A stretch of DNA of 59,732 nucleotides, counting the filler, from Sphacelaria rigidula (lineage: Eukaryota): assembly GCA_964200075.2 (NCBI GenBank). It is 9 parts of 9 records of this genome, joined end to end, with 100 filler letters (N's around TTAATTAATTAA, not from the genome) between each part and the next. Parts side by side here need not be neighbours in the genome. Positions count along the whole stretch, not along the records: positions 33,242 to 39,789 come from CAXNAA020019421.1; positions 39,890 to 46,437 come from CAXNAA020019422.1; positions 46,538 to 53,085 come from CAXNAA020019423.1; 6 more parts are not named here. One strand, written 5' to 3'. The notes under the pieces are model-generated. The model saw only the letters and a list, made by a program, of their open reading frames with translations, did not search any database and was not told the origin of the DNA. The stretch's first letter is position 1, and every line of letters starts with the position of its first letter. Below are positions 36,601 to 47,479 of the stretch, piece after piece. A program made the translations under genes and the position numbers.

Positions 36601-39305
36601 TGGACCGCATCGGAGTTCAGACACCCCTATGCTTCATGTTAGGGTTAGTGGGACCTTGGCCGGTGCCGTGGTGCTATTATGCGTGTGCTGACTGCGTGCA
36701 TTTCGGATCGCATCGGAGCTCAAAACATCCCGGGACCGACGCTTTTCAAGACCACTCAGGTCAGTCCCTGCAGGGACTGCGCCCCTGACCCTGACCCTTA
36801 TCATGGGGGTGTTTGCACTCCGATGCGATCCAAAAAGCACGAGAACCTCCCACGCATCACAATCCCTTCGGCTGTCGAGCCAGTTTTAAAGAGTACACGT
36901 CGCCGCTTTTCGCCACATTTTCAGATTCATGAGGTACCGTGGCACGTCCCATTATAGCACCCCCGAGGATATGGACCGACTACTCGACTATTTCAGACAC
37001 GACAGATTTTCTTGCTGTTGCAGGAGAATTCATAAGAGGGGTAGCTTACGTGACGGCGTATGGACTTCGTGGATAGTGCGAAAAAAGGGGTGGGACTTGA
37101 TTTCCAGCACGAATGATGCCGAGGAAGGAGGCCGCACAGGCTATTTTAGAACACATCAGAAATACACAGGGAGTCAAAACGTAGACGAAAATAAGGAAGG
37201 GCGATTGGAGATGAAGCTACATTTTGCAGGGGGTGATTCATTTATATTGTAGCAACGAAACGGCCCATGTGGTTTTCATCACGGGGAAGCAATTAAACGT
37301 TCCTGGTGAAATTATAGTCCTTAGAAAAATGTCAAACAAAGGGGTTGGGAATGGATTATGTTATTTGAAATGGAGGCGTGAACCTAGAGATACGTATGTT
37401 GGTGAATAACGTTGAGACCTTGAATACACCGTTGTCTGTGAAGTGTCGACGTATACAACGATAGATACGATGCAGGGCTATCGGTCGTGCTTCACGCAAA
37501 TTTCGTTCTCACGTTTTTTTCTACCCACGAATGTGGAGGTCTTTGTGAGAGCAAGAGTTGAGCTGTCACGTGACGAAGTACAAGGCGTTGTTTGAGTTAT
37601 GCTGTCCGAGTGCGCTTGGAGAGTTTAGCTTACCCAGAGGCAGATGAGTCCAATGCCACCTCCTTGATCATCGGTGATGTATCACTGCGCCTCTTTATGT
37701 CCAAGACGAACGTAAGCTACCCAGCAGCTGTCATTTGCTACAAAGCTGTTGTAGACTGAGCCTTTGTTTTCCGACACGCGTAGTATCGACCACCGCACAA
37801 AGTGCGTACGCGAAACACGATAAGCACGCCTCCACAACATTGATGGAGACGAATCCTCTCCTTCCCGGAAAATATATGTTCCTCGACTGTCGTTTACGTG
37901 AAAAAATCGGAATTTCGAGCTGAACCACAACGTTTCCAACATTCCGGAACGTGTAGACTGCAAGGGCGCAAGGGGATCGACCCGCACCAGCCGTACGCCC
38001 GCACCCCCGACAGTAACGCACCCTGATCCCCCTTTCTGCTACACCCTTGAACCAGCCTCCGCTGAGCTACTATACATCAGTATTGAACAGCCGAGAGTGG
38101 AAACGAGTGGACATTGTGACCAACTACGACGGGAATCTCAACAACCCTGTTCTTCCTGCGCTGCGGATGCTGGTGGACACGGGGACGTGGCCCCGCAGCG
38201 ACATCGCCATTCATACGGTGAGTATTAGATCAACTCTGCGCAGCCTACCAGCGATATCTATGTGTGGGTCAAGTCTGCCCCCCTGCGGAGTTGTGCCGGT
38301 GTATAGTTCCTCCCGGCACTCACGTTTTTAAGGCACCGTTGATGATGGGACTTCGTCATAATAAACATGGCCGAGAGGTCCTGACTAGATAATTTGAAGG
38401 TATATGAACGCGAGTAGATTCGTCCATTCCCAGAATACGTCAGGGAATTCAGCCTTCACCTGTCAGGATTTCCATCTTCTGAACACCTTTCCATCCGCAC
38501 GACATGCGGCACATACCGACACGTGGTTATCCAGCTCGAGGAACTGAAGCCATGGACTACTTATTGTTTGGTATATGCAACGACCTTTCAATATCGGAAT
38601 GTTCGCGCACTGTACGATTGGCACCACCAGCTGGAGGTTGGGTGGTCAGATGACTCAGTGAACCGCACCACGGAACGCCCGTATACTTATAATGTGATTC
38701 GTGCCTGATCATCCTACTCCGCGCGTGTATGTAAACATCCCCCACGGTTGACGTTTCCCAACATTTGTAGAGTCGGTCGCTGGAGGTTGACCTTCAGGCA
38801 ATGTTATGTGCGGACGCTCTGGCGACTGCTAGGTCAACGCTTGGGATGCTCACTATGTATCATACTCGGGCAACAACGGTGTACTTGCCCAGTTCATGTG
38901 ATGGGGATGGAAGTGACTTTGGCCTAACTCCGCAGCGGCTCATGGCCGCTCGATCTGGGCGTCGGCAAGACGACTTTCAGGCAAGGGCATCGCGTTCCCG
39001 AGGATTTTGTGCTTCGTTGCCTTATCGATCACGCATTTTGAAACGCTGTCTCCCTCTATGCCGGGGGTATCACAAAGTAGGCGCAGAAAATCCTACCACA
39101 GACTCCGGATCGCTCCATCGTTTTCTGGCTCGGTCATCAGGTGTACGGCGTGGAACTGAACCCCGCGGCGCCACGGTATCGGTTGTACGAAGGCATCGGG
39201 CCTGCAATGCACCGGAACCCCCTCAGCGAGGCAGAACATCTACAAATGCTGGAGTATCGAGGGATTGCGGGTGTTGTGGACTGTGCTATCCCCCCCTCAG
39301 AGTAG
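33648..39305 (+). CDS. Putative GT-B glycosyltransferase, GT11/fucosyltransferase-like (6 exons, lacks N-terminus)
   Basis: Exons 33648-33718 (GQTGN..LGYCCKSKL), 35145-35331 (VTLPPKD..FDFS), 36155-36408 (LVFHVRSGGIY..YGQ), 38056-38217 (PPLSYY..NPV), 38771-38980 (SLEVDLQAMLCADALATARSTL) and 39141-39305 (..QMLEY..*). Phases join in frame. The GxxGN, HxRxGD-like and D...L..A..L....S(T) motifs resemble alpha-1,2-FucT motifs; function is inferred. Confidence 0.78.
34501..34783. repeat. ~280-bp near-perfect foldback palindrome in an intron
   Basis: Arms 34501-34643 and 34645-34783 are reverse complements; the centre is ggcggtgtc-g-gacaccgcc. Confidence 0.9.
35621..36040 (+). mobile_element. tRNA-derived SINE, family 2, with (ATAATAG)n tail
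   Basis: Head GCACCCCGGTTGTGAAATGGT..GGTTCGATTCCC, a ~210-nt body, and a 7-mer microsatellite from 35914. A second copy lies at 45698-46010(-). Confidence 0.82.
36590..36842. mobile_element. Small inverted-repeat element with TTAGGG-like internal motifs
   Basis: cattttggaccgcatcggagttcagacacccc pairs with ggggtgtttgcactccgatgcgatccaaaa; there is an internal direct copy at 36681-36730. Confidence 0.55.
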
Positions 39306-40119
39306 CTGTCGATCTCTATCGTGTAACTGGGAGAGCCACCGTCGCTACGTTTCATGCGATAAACGTTCACTTACGTTGTGTCAGCACCAACTGTAGGCTT
39401 ATGTCTCCCAGTCGACGCGTGCAAGACCGGTCGCCCCGCTGGCTCAGCTGGTTACCTCGAAATTTCTCGACGCTTGGGTCGTGGGCTCAAATCTCGGTGC
39501 GGTCATACGATCTGTTTTTTTTCTCGCATAATTCCCAACAGTGGATAGCGACTATGCCGTGGGTACACAAAGTTCGACTTCACGGTCGAAGAGGGAAAGA
39601 GACTGCTGAACCCCTCTCACAATAAATTATGAGGCAAGCACCGCAGAAAGGAAGGTGGAGAACTTGGAAAAATAAAAGAAGAAAAACACTCCTGTGTTGG
39701 CCTCCCTCCTGTGTGACCTATAGCCTCTGCCAGACGATCTGGACAAGAGAGCTATTCAGTGATGGACTTCTCCAGAATCCACTGGCCTCNNNNNNNNNNN
39801 NNNNNNNNNNNNNNNNNNNNNNNNNNNNNNNNNTTAATTAATTAANNNNNNNNNNNNNNNNNNNNNNNNNNNNNNNNNNNNNNNNNNNNTGGACAATCTT
39901 TGAGAAACAAAGAAATTACGGATTCTGCATACTTCTGACGCTGACTACTTCATATACAAGTTTTCAGGTCAGAATTGAACCAATTTTGGCCACTTCGAAT
40001 CGGGTTTTAGCCAAGTTCAACCGAAATCTGCCAATTTCGTGCTGGACAAACGTGATGACGTGACAAAAGCGATTGAGGAAGAGACGTCATTAGCCGCCGT
40101 AGAAGCAGAAAGGAGTCAA

Positions 40120-40443
40120 GCCGCGATAGCCCCCCCCCCAGAAATAACATCATTGTAGGGATGCGAGGTCAATGGTCTTATGGTCTCATGACTGTGGCAT
40201 GCATGATCATGAGTACACCCCAGAAATAAGGCTGGTTTGAGGAGTCAAAGTTCGCATGTAAACCAAAATGACAGAAACCGAGTACACCAACCAGCTGGGA
40301 ACTACCATGCTTGAGGTCGTTTTCGCCAATGTCACCCAAATGAGGGACTTCATGCAGCCTGAAATCAGCTATCATGCGCTGCATGGCCAGTTTTTCGTGT
40401 CAGTTTTGGGGCTCGTTTGGGGGGGGGAGGGCGCAATCGCGGC
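40120..40443. mobile_element. MITE family B carrying a truncated family-A insertion (40148-40217, TSD ccccagaaataa)
   Basis: TIR gccgcgatagccccc / gggcgcaatcgcggc. The interior is the reverse complement of 44360-44550. Confidence 0.7.
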
Positions 40444-40703
40444 ACCACTTGCAGCTAAATCGAATAGTTTTTGAGCATATTCTTGTCAATTTTCCCGAGT
40501 TTCCCCGGAGACGGCACTGCATACAAGCATTTTCGGGCCGAGTGCTCTTTTTCAGCCGGAATGGGAAAGCTACAATTTGCAAAGAAATAAAGATCAATAA
40601 AAAACACAAGAAAATTCCATAAAAAAACGAAAACAGAATCGGACATGGTTGAGGGCCCGTACAAACATAACCGAGCGGACTTGATGGTCCGAGAAAGTAC
40701 ATA

Positions 40704-41889
40704 CTTCCTCTGTCCAGTAAGTCTGATCGGTCATCGGTGGTTTTTTGTTTGGGTGCAACGGTGTTGAGGATGACCTCATAGTTGGGTTTTGAAGAAAGAT
40801 ATAGCGCATACGAAGCTGATGAAAAAAACAAACAAACTTGTTTTCAATACTAAAATCAGGTCAGAATATACCCCATTTCGGCCTTTTTTTGAGAATGCTT
40901 ATGAAAATTTTCTCGAGCATTATTTTGAGAGTTCGTGTTAAACATCTCACACCTAGCCCACAGACATCCCAATACGATAGACTTGCCCCCGAGTACCCCC
41001 CTCCCTCGCCGAACGGGTGGCGAGCTACAGTTGGTTCGCCGCTATGCGATTGAGATGGAGGTTGCGCTCGCTATTCCACCGGGCAATGTAAGGGTGCCCA
41101 ACGGCTCGCTGGGGCCAATGTGCGAACGCTACGGTGTCGGTCCCGAGTACCCGACGAAATTGTGGAAAAACGCCAAAGCCCAGATCGTCGCTACCCAGGA
41201 GGTCGACCTTTCGAACAACACAAGAACCGGACGCCCGTCGCTTCTCACGCCAACAAAGGTTGCGGCGCTGAAGAACGTCAACAAGCAGAATCGGTCATTC
41301 ACGCTCCGGCAGGTGTCCCATCAGCTGAGAGACATCGGGCTGGATTACTGTACGGAGACGGTGCAGCGGTATTTTCAATAAATAAGGGGCGGCAAAGGTT
41401 GCTCGCCGCATCAAACCCTCCCTTTATATCAAGAACTAAAAAACATCGAAAAATATTTGGAAAAAAAAGGGGAAAAAAAAAAGGAAAAATAACTGACAAA
41501 TTACCAACTAAATTAATAAAATACATGAATACATGAACAATACAGACGGTCATCAACCTTCCAGGGAGCTGGTTCCGGATCTGAATTTTCGCCGAATCGA
41601 CTTCATCTGCGATCAGGTGGACGAGACGACCGAGGATTTCCTCGATCCAACACTTATTTTTTTCTGGCACTTTTTTTTCCTCTGAGAATGAGGAGCAATA
41701 CGGTTATTTTTGGGCCGACTGATTTTTTTGCGGTTCGGCCGCATAGTTCAATAGCGAGCTGCAAAACACGAAATATATGCTCAACTGAAAAAACAGCCGA
41801 GAAATCGGAAAAAAAACATTGAAAATCATATCGGACACGGGCAAGGGCTGGTACAAACATAACCGACCAGACTTGTGGGACAGAGGAAG
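40704..41889 (+). mobile_element. Tc1/mariner deletion derivative retaining the transposase N-terminal HTH region
   Basis: TA-flanked TIRs cttcctctgtcca..agtctg / cagacttgtgggacagaggaag. ORF 40935-41381 carries a GRPSLLT linker and TLRQVSHQL..TETVQRY. No DDD/E domain. Confidence 0.8.
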
Positions 41890-41937
41890 TATATATACAG
41901 AGAGGGAGAGAGAGAGAGAGACAAAACACTTGTTCAC

Positions 41938-44900
41938 CTGATTGCCACCCTGGCTGTCGATGAACATCTCTCGCAACCCCCGCACGCCGACAGCTTTGGC
42001 CACCTCATCTCCGACATCCGGGTGGACCAGGCGAAGGTTCACTTGTCGTAGTCTGGACGTGAGCCAGGGAGCATCGTCGTACACTAGGTCCGTTGCAGGA
42101 AGCAAAAGCGGTCCGTTTTTCTCTGGGACGAGGATAATCTCGGAGTCAATTCTCGCTCGCTCGGCTGGGCTCAGCTTCGACAGGACCCGTACCATTCCTG
42201 GCGTCCGGTGTTCGTTCGGCGGGGCGAGGGAAGGGGAGGGGATCCATGAAGTGCAAACTGGGAGAGTAAAACGCTTGACAAGCGACGTTGCAGAGAAAAA
42301 ATAAATAACTGAGAGTTGAAGAGTGATGAAAAAAACTCGAGGTCACATCGAGCGAGCAAACTACAGTGTACTCATCCTTGCCACCTCCTCCCCATCCCCG
42401 ATATCTCTTAGCCGTGCACAAATTAGTCACCTCAAGCATGGTGCTACCACCTACTGTGAACACAACTGTTTCTGCGCGACGAGATGGGATATAAACTCAT
42501 GAAAAAAGGGAACATCCAACCTGTCGTGTGTGATCCAGGCACGGGTGTGGGTATCCGTACATGTATGAGAGAGACTGCAGACGCTGATCAGCGGGCCCTG
42601 ATTCAAGTGCAATCCAACATGACGCAAAACCTAGTGACCACGGTGGGCCTTGCAGAGCAGCTCATTTCAACAGCGGCATGCTTTCAGCTCACCCACAGCC
42701 ATTTCGAGACCATATCCGTCCAGCGGCCTGCCCTGACTCTTGGCCTGAAGCTTACGCAGCACGGCGATGAAGTCGTGCGGACTGAATTTTTCGGGCACGC
42801 CCAGGGCTTTGAGCAACTCCACGTAGCTGCGGAGGTCGGGCGGCACCTATTCCACGCAAAGGGGCGAAAAGGGGGACAAAGCGATAACCCATCTCTACAT
42901 ATAATGAAGGTCGGGATGTTTTCGAAACAGAAGCAGGGTCAAATACGAGCGTTCAACATACGAGGCCCTCGAAATGACAACGGTTAGAAAGGATAGGACC
43001 CAAAGGTGCAATGAGTATCATGGAGAGTAGGGTGGGGAGGGTAGCGTCGTGACTCAAAAAAGGGGCTTTGCAACTTGGGACAGAAAGCCGTACGACCGGA
43101 ACGTGGGAGGGTTTCTGCATGCGAAGAGCGCGGAATCTACATGAAACGAAAGCAGGGAAGAGAGGGACAGCAACATCTGTCTGCGTATTGAAAAATAAAT
43201 GCTGGTGGGAAATATTTGATAAAACTAGAAAAGAAGGCGGGGAAAGCGAAAAAAACACGAAAGAAGGCCTCTACTACTACTGCAACAACAAAGCGGATGG
43301 CAGAATTGTTTTTGATCTGTCAGCACACTATTCACTACTTGACATACTACAAACACCACAATTGTAGCATGGTAAAGCAACACACACATCGCTGACACGA
43401 TTGTAAACCTCACCCACCGCCGGAAACATGGTTCCACCGGAAACAACATCATGCTCATCACTGAAAACCGACCAACCAGGTCACATTCAACTGGGTAACT
43501 CACCGCCCGTAGGAACAAATCCGAGCCCGCTGGCGCTTCAAAAGCAATCCGATCGCTTGACAAGAACTTATCGCCCACCCAGATCCACTCCTTGCCGTGT
43601 AGTTGAGCTTTCACCTGAGACCCCGAAAAAACGGTGACAACGAGCAGCATTACTCATCGACCACACCAACAACATCAACAGTGATACCTCGCCCGCCCAA
43701 AAAATCAGGGAGTAACGGAAAAAATCACCACCGAGTAATGCCGTGATAGCTGCCCCCTCCCACCCCCCCCCAAAACCAGCCCTAAGCCTGGTCCGGCGAA
43801 AACCCGGCGTGCTCCGTCCCGGCTTCGCAGGGACAGACCACCTATGGGGTTGGCGTTGGTTGGCAACGACGCTGTGAACACGCCACCCACTGCGTAAGCT
43901 AGGCAACCAGCTTACCATTTTTTCTTGCGCGCTTGCGTTTCTTTTGCCGTAACAATGATGGTCGAATCACATCATATTGTGCGGGGTGGGAAGACCTCAA
44001 TCCCGCGCAAATGGGATGGTCATACTACTTGGTGTTGAAATGGTGAAACATCCATGAGGCAGTGTTGAACCCGCAGCTGTCTCTGGCGGTGGAAATGTCA
44101 GAAAATGAAGCAACTCATCGGAGGCTGTCATCCAAATGCAAGATGTTCAAAAATCCTTCGGGCCGAACAATCTTAGCAGGGTGCAACTCACCCTACATGC
44201 GACTCGCCGAACACACCACAGCGCTTCGCGCCTGGTGATTAATTGCGGGCCTGATTCGGCGAAAACCCGGTGTGGTCCGTCCCGTCTTGGTAGAGATGCG
44301 AGATCAATGGTCATACGACTACGGCATGCAAGATCATGAGTACACCCCCAAAACCAGCCTCAAAATTCTCGGGAAGAAAATATCCATACAGCCAACGCAT
44401 GATAGCTGGTTGCAGACTGCACGAAGCGCTGCATATGGGTGGCATCGGCGAAAACGATATGAAGCGTGGGAGTTCCCAGCTGCTCGGTGTACTCAGTTTT
44501 TGTCATTCTGATTCGCATGTACATTTTGCCTCCTCAAAACAGCCAGTTTTGTGAGGGAGGAGGCCACCGCGGCATCGCTGCACCCGCGGTGGACATGTAT
44601 ACTTGAATGTACATGATTTTTCAGCTGTTCCATCGTGCGTTCAGCGACAAAATGCATGATGTGCGGCGGTGGAAAGTGCTGCATGTCGCCGACTGGGCAG
44701 GCCCCAGCAGCAGCGCGTGTGCGGGAAACGTGGTGAAGGCTCATGTAGGGGGCAGGCGCCCTACTCCACGCAACCCGTGTTGGCCGGCTATTTCTAATAC
44801 CGAGTACTCCGACGGACCTGAAGTACCGCTGGTCGAAAAAACTAAAAAATTCGGGTGACCTCGAGTATACACACCCCGAACCGCTAGTATCATATTACAC

Positions 44901-45552
44901 CCCGACAACTTATGAAAGATTAGGTTTTTACGGTTAGGATTCTCGTCTCACGTGGAGTCGGAAGACTCTGCATCGCCTACAGGGCGTGTCTACATTCTGC
45001 ACGCGTGTATGCATACCTTTTGTACCGTCGGAACAAAAAATTGCCGAGGATCAATCGACTCCTGCGGCAACAAATAAGCAAAAAAAAAATATGCTCGTAC
45101 ATCCAAACCCTCGCGAAAACGAAAACAGAAAGAAAATTGAGTGAAACCGACATGAGTATCAGAGGGGCGGATGGAAGCTATACCTCTGACCCTTTTGACT
45201 GATTGATTTTCGCACTTCAAATAATTTCCCAGGGATCCATGATAGACGTACCCGAGATGAAAGCAAAAGCAAAACGGAAATACTCGACAAATAAAGGTGA
45301 AGGAAGCAGAAAAGGTACATCAGACAGAGCCTATACGGGTCCGGAATCCTGGAACAAATGATCAAAAGACGCTTACAGCAGTGAAATGCAGCGCCACGAA
45401 GAAAAGCATACGGCACAGAGTAGAGGGAAGGCAGAAAAACTCGCCTGTGAAAACTCGGGAGTGCCGACGATCAAGTCGAGATTGCGGTAGATATCCGGGG
45501 TGACTCGTTTGAGCTGCTGCGCCATCTCTCTCCTGTTGACCGCGTCCAGTTT
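41938..45552 (-). CDS. Sacsin-like protein, 4 internal exons
   Basis: Exons 45552-45445 (..VTPDIYRNL..EFSQ; GC donor), 43614-43504 (VKAQLHGKEWIWVGDKF..IAF), 42846-42693 (VPPDL....LLKALGV..F) and 42197-41938 (LVP....L.PATDLVYDDAPWL..LVHPDV....AKAVGVRGL). These are sacsin-repeat signatures with consistent phases. Confidence 0.88.
43782..44344 (+). mobile_element. Full-length retroposon family A (~565 bp) with 15-bp TSD, inside MITE B
   Basis: Flanked by cccccaaaaccagcc at 43767-43781 and 44345-44359. It has an internal ~48-bp direct repeat (43786-43833 / 44249-44296) and its 3' end is homologous to the LINE end. Confidence 0.85.
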
Positions 45553-45697
45553 CTGCCAAGGACGTCGCCGAATCACGCAGACGACACGGACACATGAGCA
45601 GCAACGTGAGAATCAGATCGATGACATGAGTACACCGTGGTATATTTCCAGAGAAGGCACACTTCGAAACCAGAAGCTCTTCGCGAGTGACATTGCT

Positions 45698-46010
45698 TTT
45701 TTCCTTTTTCCCTCGCACTTTGAACCCCTCCCCTTCCTCGGGATGAGCCCGTGGTCTCGAGGGTTCAACCCATCTCTCCCCTGGTACGCGCCATACATTT
45801 TGGTCTCGCGGATTGGATCAGCACTCCCGCACCGCGTCAACTCACGTCACACAAATCCAGTCGACTACTTTTGTTTACTCACATTTTCACGCTTTCCACG
45901 GCGGAAGTCATACGTTACGAAGAAAAAACCCAACGCACCGGGAATCGAACCCCCGTTCTCTCCACCCGGATGGCGACAGTCGGACCATTACACCACCGGG
46001 GTGCGGCGGC
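45698..46010 (-). mobile_element. tRNA-derived SINE, family 2
   Basis: Reverse complement of 35621-35913; head GCACCCCGGTGGTGTAATGGT..GGTTCGATTCCCGG. Confidence 0.82.
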
Positions 46011-47479
46011 ATGAATGAATGAGTCACTGAATTGCGCTGTTGTGACATGTCGTGTCCCAAGGCATTTATGCTGTAGCTACACTTGCTACATTCAGAGTGA
46101 TTCGCGATGCTGCACGATTGATTATAAAAATCCTCTTCGAATGGTTGTTTGATTGCTTGATTGTTTTTATTGATTCATTACCGCACATTTGCTGATATCC
46201 AATCGACCTAGCCGTGGTCTCAAACGCGAAGACTTGAACCAGAGCGACGCGATACTTACTGGCGCACACGCCCTTGCCTAATTGAAGTATCCACGGCTTG
46301 AGATTACACTGCAAATTTTACGCACTGGCAACACTTGACGCACTGCTACAGAGCAACGCTACGGTAGGGGTGCACTTTTTTTGCGACATTTTGTCTGGTT
46401 CCGCGGCTCCTAGCGGTTCTAGACGCACAAGAATATGNNNNNNNNNNNNNNNNNNNNNNNNNNNNNNNNNNNNNNNNNNNNTTAATTAATTAANNNNNNN
46501 NNNNNNNNNNNNNNNNNNNNNNNNNNNNNNNNNNNNNCATGCATACAACAGTATAGTACAGTACAGTCTAGTATGCCTCTCCGACTGAAGCAGCAGCTGC
46601 CGCTGCATACTCCCTTGCACGTTCTGGGCAATTCTCAGCTACCGAAATCAGATGCCCATTTACAGCTTTGTCATCCCCGTCCACAACATACATGTGGACT
46701 GCACACTGCAAGTCATCCGCAGAGAGATACGCAGAATTCATAACGGTAGCTCCTTTTGTCTTCCCACAGCCCACCTGGATTTTGGGCCTCATGAGAATGA
46801 CCACATGGTGGCATGTACATTCCTTCCCGGTTTTTTCCGGCCCACCCTGTGTTAGTGTAAATCACTACGTTTTAGTATAGAATTGGGACCCAAAAAACTC
46901 TCCGGAAAAACTCGGGAACGGTATACTGAGTGCAAGTAATACCATAAAGCCAAGCCGCGACCATCCTGCACTTGGAAACCTGGAGAGGCTTATCTGGGCC
47001 AGGGACAGGGCCCCCACACGATTTTTGCAGTGGCACCACACTCGACAAACAATCCCTGCGCTGGTCGTTCGGCTCTGGTCGATAATTTTCGACTCGCCGT
47101 GATTGGGCATGTCGCTCGAAGACTTATTTTTAATTATTTCAATAACACAGGGTCAACCCTGTGTTAGTGGGGGTCCGGTCCCAAAAGGGTTAAACCGGCA
47201 AACAACATTGTTATCCACTGGGACACCCCGAGGATAACGACAATTTGCCGGGACACCCCATGGATAATGATAATCTGTACGAAACTCGTACAGTACTGTC
47301 CTGAAATTTGTATTTTGTTTCGATTTTGTCTTTCGGTACAAGACTGGTTTACGTACTGCTTACTGCTGGCGCACGGTACTGTACCTGGAGTCCTTTTTGG
47401 CAGAGGATGGGAGTAGGGCGTATCTTGACGTGTACACCTGCACGACATCGCCTCCTTTAATTCACGGTGGTGAGGTTCC

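Noticed and set aside
38523..38708. ORF VIQLEELKPW...
   Set aside because: It lies in the GT-like intron between two exons that join directly in frame, and has no recognisable motif.
45017..45061. Extra 45-nt sacsin exon (ESIDPRQFFVPTVQK)
   Set aside because: It has AG/GT borders, but motif spacing is already complete without it; it would need RNA evidence.
26594..46437. Functional cluster of PP2C, GT-like and sacsin genes
   Set aside because: The genes are on different contigs joined artificially.
46568..46804. Possible exon of the ABHD-like gene
   Set aside because: It lacks the expected DGG..LDW or other hydrolase motifs.
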